Assembly (NCBI GenBank): GCA_965223845.1
Contig: CBDCXR010000004.1
Location: forward strand, 4,160,001-4,224,000
Reading direction: 5' to 3'
DNA length: 64,000 bases
Source of the DNA: Planctomycetota bacterium
GTDB taxonomy: Bacteria > Planctomycetota > UBA8108 > SXIK01
Shown here: one piece after another, positions 19,503-30,100 of the stretch
Layout: every line of letters begins with the position of its first letter
Position numbering within the stretch: position 1 is the first letter of the stretch
Notes under the pieces: generated by a model
What the model saw: the letters and a program-made list of their open reading frames with translations, nothing else
Told to the model about the DNA's origin: nothing
Databases searched by the model: none
Position numbers and translations under genes: made by a program

Positions 19503-19862
19503 ATGACGGCACCCGTTCGAGCTCGGATCTATCACAATCCACGCTGCAGCAAGAGCCGAGGAGCGCTCCTGCTCCTCGAGGAGCGCGGCGTCGACGTCGA
19601 GGTCGTGCGGTACCTCGAGCACCCGCCGGAGGTCGGTGAGCTGCGCGAGATCTGCGCTCGAATCGGCCTGTCGCCTCGGGATCTCGTGCGCAGAAAGGAG
19701 CCCCGTTTCGGCGAGCTCGGACTCGATTCGCGCGACCTCAGCGACGAGGAATGGCTCGAAACCTTGGCGGCGAATCCCGTCCTCATCGAGCGTCCTCTCG
19801 TCCTCATCGGGAGGCGCGGGGTCATCAGGCGCCCACCGGAGAACGTCCTTTCTATTCTCTGA
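19503..19862 (+). CDS. arsC: Arsenate reductase (glutaredoxin) / ArsC-family protein
   Basis: IYHNPRCSKSR and LIERP motifs; 119 aa. Confidence 0.88.
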   Translation: MTAPVRARIYHNPRCSKSRGALLLLEERGVDVEVVRYLEHPPEVGELREICARIGLSPRDLVRRKEPRFGELGLDSRDLSDEEWLETLAANPVLIERPLVLIGRRGVIRRPPENVLSIL

Positions 19863-19902
19863 GGCCGGCGGACGGGGCGGGTCGCGCGTCGCGGGCAACC
19901 GC

Positions 19903-19927
19903 TAACTCATTTTCTTCAAAAGAGTTA
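19903..19927. promoter_or_regulatory. AT-rich inverted repeat, possible operator upstream of the dockerin cluster
   Basis: TAACTC-ATTTTCTTCAAAA-GAGTTA in an otherwise GC-rich intergenic region. Confidence 0.35.
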
Positions 19928-20275
19928 ACGCCGATCCACCGCGCGCTCTCGAGCCTTCGCGGCGCTCACGTTGCTGCCGGCGACCCGGCGGCCGGATCGC
20001 CGGCAGCAACGAATGCGAAAACCCTGACGGCGAATTGGATTAGATTCGCGCGTGGATGCGTCTTTCATCGGCGTGGGCGTCGCTCGTGCCCGCGGGAAGT
20101 TCTTTCCTCACGCCGAGTTCGCGACGAGAATCGGCTTCGGCTGAGCAGTCGTCCGCCGGTCCAATCTCTCGAGATTGTGAAGTCGCGGCGGCGTACCGTC
20201 TCGATCGGATGTGTCGTAGGAAGGTGTCGTAGAAAGAACGTTCAGCCAATTCACACGCGTCATTGGGGGATATCG

Positions 20276-22858
20276 ATGTTTACGCGTAGCCCTGGGGCTC
20301 TCCGGATCGCCGTAGCGATCCTCGTCACCGTCTCGTCGGGATTCGTCTCGTCCACCTGGGCGATCGAGCCGATCGTTTACGTTTCGCGTTCGTTCGAAAG
20401 CGTACCGCAGGCCGACAGGAGGGCGAGCGCGGTCGAGCGCGCCACCGACGGCATTTTGTACATCAAGCGAGACGGCGAGCAGCCGGTCGTCCTCGTCAAC
20501 GAGGATTCTGAACCGGTGACGGGAACAGCTCCGCTCGACGTCTCCGACCCGAGCGTCTCCTACGACGCGCAGCGCATCGTCTTCGCTGGCTATTCGCCCG
20601 TCGAAGAGGCGTGGCGAATCTACGAAGTCGGCGTGGACGGAAGCGGGCTCCGCCAGCTCACGACGAGCGATCGAGAAGAGATCGACCTCACTCGTTACGG
20701 TGAGGAGCTCGGCGGTGAGTTCGCGACCTACGACGACCTCGATCCGTGCTACCTCCCCGACGGAAGAATCTGCTTCGTCTCGACCCGCTACCCCGGGAGC
20801 GCACCGGGCGGACGTGTTCGCGCGACGAATCTATACGTAGCGAACGCCGATGGAACAGACGTCCACCGAATCACTACCGAACGATTCGGCGCCGACACGC
20901 CCGCGGTCGATCCGATGACGGGGCAGATCGTCTACTCCCGCTGGTGGCTCACGGAAGAGGGGAACGCGCCCCCGACCGGAGGACTCAGTCCGACGAGCGC
21001 TCCGCCCTACTACGGCCCGGTCACGAATACCGCACTCAGCACGATTCCGCTGCGCGGTCTCGCGGACCCCGACTTCGTCGGCGTGAACAATTGGTCGCTC
21101 TCCTCGGTGAACCCTGACGGGACCGGCCTCCAGCAGTTCAGTGGATCGGGACTGTTGAGCGAGCTGACGATGGCGTACCGGCCGGCGTTCTTCGAGGACG
21201 GACGCGTCACCGGTCTCTTCATTCGCCAGAGTCCGTTCCTCGGCTACCCGGGATCGCACGGAATCCGGATGTACTCGCGCGGCATCGGCTACCCGGAAGC
21301 GGTCGCCGGTCCTCAGTCGTTCTTCGGGAGCGCGGTCCCGGCCGACCCGAATCCCCTCGTATTCGCCTCGTTCACCGAGCCGAGATTCGCGTACGGCAGC
21401 GCGGAGCCGCTCGCCGACGGAAACCTCCTCGTTACCGGTCACCCGTGGGGAAACGGCGATGGCAGCCCGGCGGACTTCGACGTCTACGTTCAAACCAGGA
21501 GGAGCAACTCTCCAGTCGGCGCCCCCCTCGTCAACTCGAACCGGATGTTGCTCGATGCGGTTCCGGTTTACCCGAGAGATGTGCCTCCGATCATCGAGGA
21601 CGAGTTCCGGCCCGAGTTCCGCGAGGATGTACCGCAGACCGTCGAAGAGGCGATCGCGATGCACGGCACGTTCAAGTTCGTGTGCGAGAACATCCACACG
21701 AACGGAGCCGTCGACTTGGCGATTCCGAACGCTCCGCCGGTCGGACAAAATCTCACGATCGAGTTCTACATGCATCCGCAGGGTGACAGCGACGCGCCGA
21801 ATCCGATCCTCATCGAAAGCCAGGAGATCGGTCCCGACGGTCGCGTCGAGATGGAGCTTCCGGCGGGAGTACCGCTGTTCGAGGTTCTCCGACGAACGGA
21901 CGGTCGCATTGCGCTCGGACGCGACGGCCAGGTGTTTCATGTCGGCGGGATGAATTTCGGCAACGCGGGGACCGAAGCGAAGTGCGTCGGCTGCCACGCC
22001 GGTCACAGCCGCCTCGAAGTTCCCGCCGATCCGAGCTGGACGAACATCGCTTCGAGTGCGACGGTCACGGCGAGTTCCGTCTTGAGCGGTCGCGTGCCCG
22101 GCACGCGATTCTTCGCGGTGTTCAGCCCGGCCTCACTCGTCGACCGAAAGACGCTACCGATCGCGTCGGAGTGGGCGGCACAGCCGTTTGAAAACGACGC
22201 AGAGCCGTGGTTCCGCCTCAGGTGGCAGCGTCCCGTCGAAGCGAAGGAGCTCGTTCTCTACGGGATTCAGACCGGGTCCACCCGCGACTTCGGCCGCCGC
22301 ACGACGACGGTGAACTCCTTCGACGTCGAGCTGCTTCTCGACGGCGAGAGGGTCGACGCGTGGCGTGAGAACCAAAAGATCCAGCCCGCACCCGAAGGGA
22401 CTCGAATTCAGTTCGAGGCACTCCGGACGATCGACGAAGTCGTGATCCGCTTCGGGAGAGAATCCGTTACCGGCGAGCTACTCGATATGAGTGTCGCGGC
22501 CGCGTCCGAGATCGAGGTCGTCGGACGCGCGCTTTCCGTCGACGGGCCGGCGACCGCGATCTTCGTCCGCGGCGATGCGAACTGCGATGGGTTCGCCAAT
22601 CTGAGCGACGGGATCTCGATGCTGAACGCGCTCTTCCTCGGGGGACCGATGGCTCCGAGCGGCAACTCGGCGCCGCTGTGCTGCGTCGCGGCCGGGGATG
22701 TGAACGACGATGATTCGCTCAACATGACCGACATCATCTACTTCCTCAATCACCTCTTCCGCGGAGGACCGGGACTCGCCCCACCGGAGCGCGAGTGTGG
22801 GCGCGCAGAGATGCGATCGCTCACCTGCGACCAAGAATCCGCCTGTCCGCCGCTTTGA
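20276..22858 (+). CDS. Secreted protein with hydrazine-synthase-alpha-like propeller/middle domain, CxxCH motif, beta-sandwich and C-terminal dockerin
   Basis: Signal MFTRSPGALRIAVAILV; DPSVSYDAQRIVF, DLDPCYLPDGRICFVSTR, DG...LPAGVP, CVGCH; terminal FVRGDANCDG...D(V)NDDD dockerin. Confidence 0.8.
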   Translation: MFTRSPGALRIAVAILVTVSSGFVSSTWAIEPIVYVSRSFESVPQADRRASAVERATDGILYIKRDGEQPVVLVNEDSEPVTGTAPLDVSDPSVSYDAQRIVFAGYSPVEEAWRIYEVGVDGSGLRQLTTSDREEIDLTRYGEELGGEFATYDDLDPCYLPDGRICFVSTRYPGSAPGGRVRATNLYVANADGTDVHRITTERFGADTPAVDPMTGQIVYSRWWLTEEGNAPPTGGLSPTSAPPYYGPVTNTALSTIPLRGLADPDFVGVNNWSLSSVNPDGTGLQQFSGSGLLSELTMAYRPAFFEDGRVTGLFIRQSPFLGYPGSHGIRMYSRGIGYPEAVAGPQSFFGSAVPADPNPLVFASFTEPRFAYGSAEPLADGNLLVTGHPWGNGDGSPADFDVYVQTRRSNSPVGAPLVNSNRMLLDAVPVYPRDVPPIIEDEFRPEFREDVPQTVEEAIAMHGTFKFVCENIHTNGAVDLAIPNAPPVGQNLTIEFYMHPQGDSDAPNPILIESQEIGPDGRVEMELPAGVPLFEVLRRTDGRIALGRDGQVFHVGGMNFGNAGTEAKCVGCHAGHSRLEVPADPSWTNIASSATVTASSVLSGRVPGTRFFAVFSPASLVDRKTLPIASEWAAQPFENDAEPWFRLRWQRPVEAKELVLYGIQTGSTRDFGRRTTTVNSFDVELLLDGERVDAWRENQKIQPAPEGTRIQFEALRTIDEVVIRFGRESVTGELLDMSVAAASEIEVVGRALSVDGPATAIFVRGDANCDGFANLSDGISMLNALFLGGPMAPSGNSAPLCCVAAGDVNDDDSLNMTDIIYFLNHLFRGGPGLAPPERECGRAEMRSLTCDQESACPPL

Positions 22859-22918
22859 GAGACTTTCCGACAAACTCGAAGTAACTCGACGCGCTCAGGC
22901 GCGGCTCCGAGCTTGCAG

Positions 22919-22962
22919 AAGCCCTCCGGGATCGGTCGGACCGATGTCGGAGGGCTTTTTTA
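22919..22962 (+). terminator. Rho-independent terminator
   Basis: AAGCCCTCCG...CGGAGGGCTT stem followed by a T run, about 60 nt after the stop at 22858. Confidence 0.8.
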
Positions 22963-23031
22963 TTTCGGCGATGCACCACCGCGATCGACCGACTGGCGTG
23001 ATCCCCGTCGGAAGACTCGATGGAGTGTGAT

Positions 23032-26000
23032 ATGCGTGACGTTCTCCGCTACGCGTTGCTGGGGCTTTTGCTCTGCCTCCAGTCCGTGCCGCTCCCGGCG
23101 CAGCTGGAAGAGTGCGACGATCGCCCGGTCGGCCGCGACGAACTCGATCGCGCGGGCGAATCCGACTTGAATGGAAACGGGATCCCCGATCGCTGCGACC
23201 TCGCCGGCGCGTTCTACACGCTACGACCGGGCTCTCGCGTCGAGCTTGAACACCCGTCCGCGCCGATCGTCGTCGATCTCGACTCCGACGCATATCTCGA
23301 CATCGTCGCCGCTCGCGACGCGGAAAACTCCCCGGGAGAGATCGTCATCGTCGCCGTTTTCGGCGACGAAAGCGCGACGCTCGAGCGCCGCACTACGACC
23401 AGTATCGCGGGAGGCTGGATCTCGGCCGCGACCCTCGATCTCAGCGCCGGCGATTTCGATGGCGACCGCGTTCCGGATCTCGCCGTCGCGGGAAGAACGC
23501 TCGCCGGAGCGACCGTCGTTCTCGCGCTCGGGGATCGCGAGCGGTTTAACGTCGCAAGCCGACACGTCGTCGCAGGATCGTTGATCCGCGATTCCGGCAG
23601 CTTCGTCGACATCGACGGCGACGGTGATCTCGACTTCGCTCAGTTCCTCGCGCGCGCCGCCGGCTCTCCGTTCGGCGGGAGCACGGGGGTTGGATTCCTG
23701 CTGCGAAACGTCGAGGGAGTCGCCCGTGAAGAAGCGTTCCTCGGTGCGACGGCGGAGGTGATGAGTCCGGTGTGGGGGGACTTCGACGGCGATGGTCTCG
23801 TCGACCTGGTCGCGCTCAATTCGCGCACGAACATGATTTGGACCCGGGATTCGCGCGGCGGCTTCAGGACGCCGCGCGTCCTTCCGCGCATCTATTTTTC
23901 AACCGCGACGGCCGCCGATCTGGACGGCGACGGTGATCTCGATCTGGCCTACGCCGTCGGAAGCAGCCGCGCCTATTCGGTGGCGTGGAACGACGGCGAC
24001 GGCTTCCGCGACCAACCGGCGTTTTCACGCATCGCCCTCCCGGAGGGCGTCGCACCGGAACTCGCGGTTTCCGCGATCGACGTCGACGGCGACGGTCGTG
24101 TCGATGTCTGCGGCGGCGTCCGCCGGCACTGTGCTGCGACGGATGGCCGAGCCTGGTTCGCGAAAAACCACGGCGAGGGCGACATCTCCGCCGGCGCCCG
24201 TCTCGTGACGGCCGCGGGACGCGCGGCGCGGAGCGCGCGACACTCGGCTTTCGGCGACGTCAACGGCGACGGCATCGTCGACGTCGTCCAAGCGGACGAG
24301 GATGGAATCGGCGCTTACCTCGGAACGCTGGGACCGATCAGCCGCGATTGCAATGGGAACGGCGTCCCGGACGAATCCGAGCTCGACGATTGTGATGGCG
24401 ACACGATTCCGGACGACTGCGAACCGGATGCGGACGGAGACGGCTTTCCCGACGGCTGCGGATTCGACTGCAACGAAAACGGAATCCGAGACGAGCAGGA
24501 CATCGCGGCGGGTCACGCAGCCGACTGCGACGAGAACGGCGTCCCGGACGAGTGCGAGCTCGAGCTCGGCGACCGCAATCGCGACGGAACGCTCGACGCG
24601 TGCCAGATAGGGGAACACGGCTCTCCCGATTGCAACTCGAACGGCATCCCCGATCCGATCGACCTCCACACGAGGACTCGTTTCGGGTCCCCGCTCGCCA
24701 TCGAGCTTTTGGGAGAGAACCTGAGCCGCACCGAAGCGTCCGTCGGTGCGATCGCCGCGGGCGACGTCGACGGCGACGAATGGACCGACGTTCTCGTCGC
24801 TCGGACGGGAAACTGCTGTCCTCCCAGCTCGGGAACGATCGAGATTCTCTCGAACCTGGAAGGCCGGCTCGTCGCTCGCGGCGTCGTCGTTCGCAGGGAG
24901 GCGCTGATGACGAGCTTCGCCGCGGGTGATCTCGATGCGGACGGCGATCTCGATGTCGTCGTCGGCATCACTCCTTGCCTCGGAACGGGGAGCTCGCGCA
25001 TCGAGTCGCTCGTCAACACCGGGAACGGAGAGACCTTCGTCGAGCGCGATTCTCACGCTTCGCTCGGGACGGTGACCGAATCCGTGCTCGAAGATTTCGA
25101 CGGGGATGGCGACGCGGATCTGGTCACGACGGCGACGATGGATTCGGCGACGATCGTTCAGATCTGGTGGAACGGCGGATCGGGAGTGTTCTCGCCGGGA
25201 ATCGACCATCTTCTGACGGAGGAGTGTTCTGGGATCGACACTCCGGATCTCGACGACGACGGCATCGCCGACATCGTCGTCGGCACGAGCGGCGACCGCC
25301 ACGCCTGGATCCTTCTCAGCACGCAGGAGTTCGACTCGGGACGACAAACGCCGTCCGTCTCCTCGATGGCGCAAGTCGGGCTCGCGTTTGCGGACTTCAA
25401 CCGCGACCAGAAGACGGACGTGCTCGCGATCCCCGTTCGAGACCCCGATCGCGGCTGGATCCACGAGCGAAACGACGACGGGACTTGGATCACGACCGAG
25501 ATCGGAGTCGAGGGTGTCGAGGGCATCCCACTCGCTCTCCCTCGCGAAGAAGATCGGATCCCGGACGTCGCGTTTTTTTCGAGCCAACGCTCCGCCGTGT
25601 TGTTGACGGTTGGAAGTTTCTCGCGCGCCGGGCACCTCGAGGGAGGATCGATCTACGGCCTGAGGGGGCCGCTCGTCGAAGATCCGATTCCGGTGGACCT
25701 CGACCGGGACGGACGCGACGAGCTCCTCATCGCGACGGCCGATTCCCTCTCCGTCGTCGGGCGCACTTCCAACGGTGCGTGGAGCGCTCCGAGGCAACAC
25801 GACGTCGATTGGGCTACGACCTACCCCATCGTCGCCCGAGATCTCGACGGCGATGGCGACCTCGACCTCGCCTCCGTGCGGCAGGGATCGCCGCTCAACA
25901 TTCTTCGTACGGGAAGTCAGGTGATTTGGAACACTCCGGACGGACTCGTACGCGCGAACTCCGCCGCTGCGGGGTCGGAGATCCTGGCGATCGGCGCAGT

Positions 26001-27162
26001 CGACCGCGATCGATCACTCGATTTCGTGGTGCGATCATTCTTGGATCTCGGATACGCGGCGGGTCGCGCCGCCGGAGATCGACGGGCCGCCAGAGCCCAG
26101 ATCTTCGCACCGGAGTTTCGGCCATCGGCCGCCGTGGTCGCGGATCTAACCGGTGATGAACGCGCCGAAATCGTCGCCGCATCCGAGCTGACGCGCGCAC
26201 TTCACACTTTCTTCGTGCGTCCGGACGGGGACGCGAACCTCGCGTTCGAGCCGGGTCCCACGATTCGGCTCGGAAACTTCGCGACCTTTCTCCGATCGGC
26301 GGATTTCAACGCGGACGGGTTCTCCGACATCGCCGTCATCGCGCGAGAGACTACCGATCCAGTGAGCGCCTCAGTGGGAATCCTCCTCGGACGTGGCGAC
26401 GGTTCGTTCGAAGGACCGCGACGGTACGCCGTACGGACCAATGCGCACGCCTTCGTCGTCGATGACTTCGACGGCGACGGGAACGCAGATGTCGCCGTGG
26501 GCGGTCCCGAACGCACGCTCGTCTTCGCGGGCGTCGGCGATGGACGACTCATCGAGTCCGTCGAATGTCGGGACGGACCGCAGACCGGACTCGCTGTCGC
26601 GGACTTTAGCGGTGACGGCCTCGCCGAGCTGGCCATCGGCTATCCGGGTCGCATCGACGTTTCGCGCGGTCTTGGCGCGATGACGTTCGGTCCACCGAGG
26701 CGCTACGCTGTGACCGATGAACTCCACGCGCTGGCTCCTATCGACATCGATGGAGACGGAGACCACGATCTCGCCGCGATGGATCTCGCCGCGAGGATGA
26801 TCAGCGTCTTCGAGACGACCGAATCGGTCACGAGTCTCGACACGGATCGAAATGGCGTCCCAGACGAATGCCAGGACGTCCCCCGCTTCATCCGCGGCGA
26901 GGTCAACGCGACGAGCGGTCGAGATATTTCGGACGCCATCGCGATCCTCAATCGCCTCTTCGGCGATGGCAGGCCGATCGCGTGCCTCGACGCCGCGGAC
27001 GTGAACGACGACGGAGGCGTCAACATCGCCGACCCGATCGCGCTTCTCAGCCACCTCTTCGGCACGGAGTGGCCGCAGCTCCCGGCGCCCGCGGCGACGT
27101 GCGGATTCGACGCGACGCAAGACGAACTCGATTGTTTGGAGTCTCCATCATGTCCCGAGTAG
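23032..27162 (+). CDS. FG-GAP/VCBS repeat protein with Cys-rich Ca-binding DCNxNGxPDxC repeats and C-terminal dockerin (paralog 1)
   Basis: Signal MRDVLRYALLGLLL; many DxDGDGxxD repeats; central DCNGNGVPDE...DCNSNGIPD block; FIRGEVN...CLDAADVNDDG...CGFD...DELDC. Confidence 0.88.
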   Translation: MRDVLRYALLGLLLCLQSVPLPAQLEECDDRPVGRDELDRAGESDLNGNGIPDRCDLAGAFYTLRPGSRVELEHPSAPIVVDLDSDAYLDIVAARDAENSPGEIVIVAVFGDESATLERRTTTSIAGGWISAATLDLSAGDFDGDRVPDLAVAGRTLAGATVVLALGDRERFNVASRHVVAGSLIRDSGSFVDIDGDGDLDFAQFLARAAGSPFGGSTGVGFLLRNVEGVAREEAFLGATAEVMSPVWGDFDGDGLVDLVALNSRTNMIWTRDSRGGFRTPRVLPRIYFSTATAADLDGDGDLDLAYAVGSSRAYSVAWNDGDGFRDQPAFSRIALPEGVAPELAVSAIDVDGDGRVDVCGGVRRHCAATDGRAWFAKNHGEGDISAGARLVTAAGRAARSARHSAFGDVNGDGIVDVVQADEDGIGAYLGTLGPISRDCNGNGVPDESELDDCDGDTIPDDCEPDADGDGFPDGCGFDCNENGIRDEQDIAAGHAADCDENGVPDECELELGDRNRDGTLDACQIGEHGSPDCNSNGIPDPIDLHTRTRFGSPLAIELLGENLSRTEASVGAIAAGDVDGDEWTDVLVARTGNCCPPSSGTIEILSNLEGRLVARGVVVRREALMTSFAAGDLDADGDLDVVVGITPCLGTGSSRIESLVNTGNGETFVERDSHASLGTVTESVLEDFDGDGDADLVTTATMDSATIVQIWWNGGSGVFSPGIDHLLTEECSGIDTPDLDDDGIADIVVGTSGDRHAWILLSTQEFDSGRQTPSVSSMAQVGLAFADFNRDQKTDVLAIPVRDPDRGWIHERNDDGTWITTEIGVEGVEGIPLALPREEDRIPDVAFFSSQRSAVLLTVGSFSRAGHLEGGSIYGLRGPLVEDPIPVDLDRDGRDELLIATADSLSVVGRTSNGAWSAPRQHDVDWATTYPIVARDLDGDGDLDLASVRQGSPLNILRTGSQVIWNTPDGLVRANSAAAGSEILAIGAVDRDRSLDFVVRSFLDLGYAAGRAAGDRRAARAQIFAPEFRPSAAVVADLTGDERAEIVAASELTRALHTFFVRPDGDANLAFEPGPTIRLGNFATFLRSADFNADGFSDIAVIARETTDPVSASVGILLGRGDGSFEGPRRYAVRTNAHAFVVDDFDGDGNADVAVGGPERTLVFAGVGDGRLIESVECRDGPQTGLAVADFSGDGLAELAIGYPGRIDVSRGLGAMTFGPPRRYAVTDELHALAPIDIDGDGDHDLAAMDLAARMISVFETTESVTSLDTDRNGVPDECQDVPRFIRGEVNATSGRDISDAIAILNRLFGDGRPIACLDAADVNDDGGVNIADPIALLSHLFGTEWPQLPAPAATCGFDATQDELDCLESPSCPE

Positions 27163-27170
27163 TGGCGTCG

Positions 27171-30100
27171 ATGGAACGGCGAGCTGGGCCGAAGTTCGGA
27201 GCTCGCTCTCGCGCGATCTTGGCCTTCGTCGCATCACTCGCTGGTTCTTCCTCGGTCGCGCAAGTCCCCGACTGCGCCGACCGCCCGCGGGTCCTTTCGG
27301 AGATCGAGAACGCCGGTGAGAGCGACTGCAACCGAAACGGGATTCCGGACCGTTGTGATCTGAGCGGCGAGCTCTACACGCTGAGTACCGCGTTCGTCGC
27401 CCCCCTCGATCGAACGTCACGCGCCCTTCTTCTCGACGCGAATGCCGACGAACATTTGGACATCGTCTACCTGCGAAATCTCGCGAGCGGGGCGCTCGCG
27501 CTGGTCACTCGCTTTGGCGACGGCGAGGGAGCGTTCGAAAGGTCGGCGGAGAAGTTGGTCACCGGGTCGTGGCTCGCGGCCGACGGTCTCGCTCTCTCTA
27601 CCGGCGATATCGACGACGACGGTGAGCCAGATCTCGCGATCTTCGGTCGGACTCTCAGCGGTTGGTCGATCGCGTTCGCGCTCGGGGATTCGGAGCGGGG
27701 CTTCGAGATCGCACACACCCACGACGGATCGCCGGCGACGTCGCTCTCTCACGGGAGCTTCGTCGACTTTGACGGCGACGGCGACCTCGACTTCGCTTGG
27801 TTCGTGCGCGACTTTAGCGGTGGACCGAGATCAAGAATCGAGTGGCTGCACTACGACGACGGTGTTCCCCGAGTCGAAGCAGTTTCTGATTTCTCCGCCG
27901 ACGTGCGGGGGGCGGCATGGATCGATGTCGACGGCGACCAACGATCTGATCTCGTGTGGACCGAAATCGGAGCGAGCTTCGTTTCCGTCCGCGAACCCGA
28001 CGGATCGTTTCGGACGGCGACGAGTCTGCCCTTCGCCTTCCAAAGTGCGACGGCGGCGGATGTGGACGCGGACGGGGCGACGGACCTCGTGTTCGCTCGT
28101 TCCGCCTTGCGCGTCGTCACCGTGGCGTGGAACGATGGCCAGGGCGGTTTCACCGAGCGCGAGCGGACGGACATTTCGATCCCGGTCGGCGACGTGTCCC
28201 AGTCACAACCGTTCGCGTTCGACGTCGATCGCGATGGAGATGTCGACATCGGCGCCGGGATTCGCCATTCGTGCGGACTGGGTTCCCGTCAGATGTGGCT
28301 CGCGACGAACCACTCGGACCGAGACTTCGCCGCGATCGCGCGGGCGATGGGGCCGCCGGATCCGCTCCGTCCGGCTCCACTCCACATCGCGGTCGGCGAC
28401 GTCAACCACGACGCGATTCCCGACGTCGTGGCAACGGGATCGCGGGAGCTCGGCGTCTATCTGGGACGGATCGGCCCCGTGAGTCTCGACTGCAACGGGG
28501 ACGGCGTTCCGGACGAGTGCGACGACCGCGACTGCGACGCGGACCTGATCCCCGATGAGTGCGAACTCGACTCGAATGGGGACGGTATTCCCGACGACTG
28601 CGGACACGACTGCGACGGGAACGGCGTCGTCGACGCGTTCGAGCTCGCGAACGGAGAGGCGGAGGATTGCAACGACAACGGCGTTCCCGATGCTTGCGAG
28701 CTCGACGCCGCGGATCGAGACCGAGACGGGCGCCTCGACGAATGCGAGATCGCGGACGGTGACGACCGCGACTGCAACGCGAACGGCGTTCCGGACTCGG
28801 CGGATCTGGCGCCCTCGGTACGGTTTCGACTCACGCCCACGATCGATCTCGAGACGTCGGCGAGGATCATGGCGTTCGCGTCGGCCGATATCGAGGAAGA
28901 CGGTTGGGCGGATGTCCTCGTCGCTCGCCGGGGTTCGTGCTGCCCGGAGAAGCCGGGACAGATCGAGCTACTCTCGAACGTAGAGGGCAGCTTCGTGAAC
29001 CAGGGCGTCGTCGCGCGGACACGCCCATCCATCAACAGCTTGAGTGCCGGCGATGTCGATGGCGACGGGCGGGTCGACGTTCTGGTGGGAAGCACCCCGT
29101 GCTCGACGAGCGCGTGGCGGCCGCTCGAGATTCTCCTCGGATCTGAGGGTGGAACCTTCTTCGGGGAACGCCGCGAAGTTCCCGCGCCGGCCGAAGTGAT
29201 CGGCACGGTTCTCGATGATCTCGACGGAGACGGCGACCTCGACATCGCGGCCGCGGTTCGACGGACGACCGACACTCGCATATCGTTCTGGTGGAACGAC
29301 GGTGGTGGTCGTTTCCAGTTCGGCCATGAACTCTCCACGCTAGGAGCGCCGCTGCTACGGGCCGCAGAGTTCGACGGGGATGGCATCCTCGACCTCGCCG
29401 TCACCGGCCGGGCGGAGCAACCGTTTTGGGTGTCTCTCAGCAGCGAAAAGTTTCGGTCACTGAACGCCGCCCCGGTCCTTCAGGCCTCGCGTTTCCCCGC
29501 GCACGCGTTCGGGGACGTCGACGGCGACGGTGATACCGATGCGATCGCGGTGTCCGCCACGACTCCGAACGAAGGCGGGCTCCTCCGCAACAACGGAGAC
29601 GGAACGTTCGATGCGTCTCCACTCGCGATCGCCTCCCCCGCCGGGATTCCGGTTCTCGGTCCGGTCAACGCCGACGGCGAGCACCAGCTTGCGATCTTCG
29701 TTTCGCGCTCCTCGTCGACACGTCTGACGCCGGCCGTTCTCTCCGGCCTGGACGTGCGCTCTACCGGACCTCTCTACGAAATTCCGGGCGGCCTGATCGG
29801 CCGCCCGATCGTCCTCGATGTCGATCGCGACGGTCAGACCGAATACGTCGTCGGGTCCAACGAAGGCTTAGCGATCGTCGACTCCCCGAGGTTCGGGGAT
29901 TGGGACGGCGGAAGGTGGCTCGCTTCTGTGCGGTCGGTTCAGCTCCAATTCGAGTCGATCGATCTCGATGCGGACGGCGATCTCGACCTCGCTGCCATCT
30001 ATCACGGCGAAAACGCCCGCGCTGCGTCGAGAGGTACGGACGTGCTGTTCAACGAGAACGGCACGTTTTCCCAAACCGACCCCTTCGATCGCGGTTTGTA

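Noticed and set aside
20276-22858. Anammox hydrazine synthase
   Set aside because: No beta/gamma subunit genes nearby, only one CxxCH seen, and the dockerin fusion is atypical.
24340-24665. CRISPR-like or DNA-level repeat array
   Set aside because: The repeats are degenerate in-frame DCNxNGxPD protein repeats, with no identical direct repeats or spacers and no cas genes.
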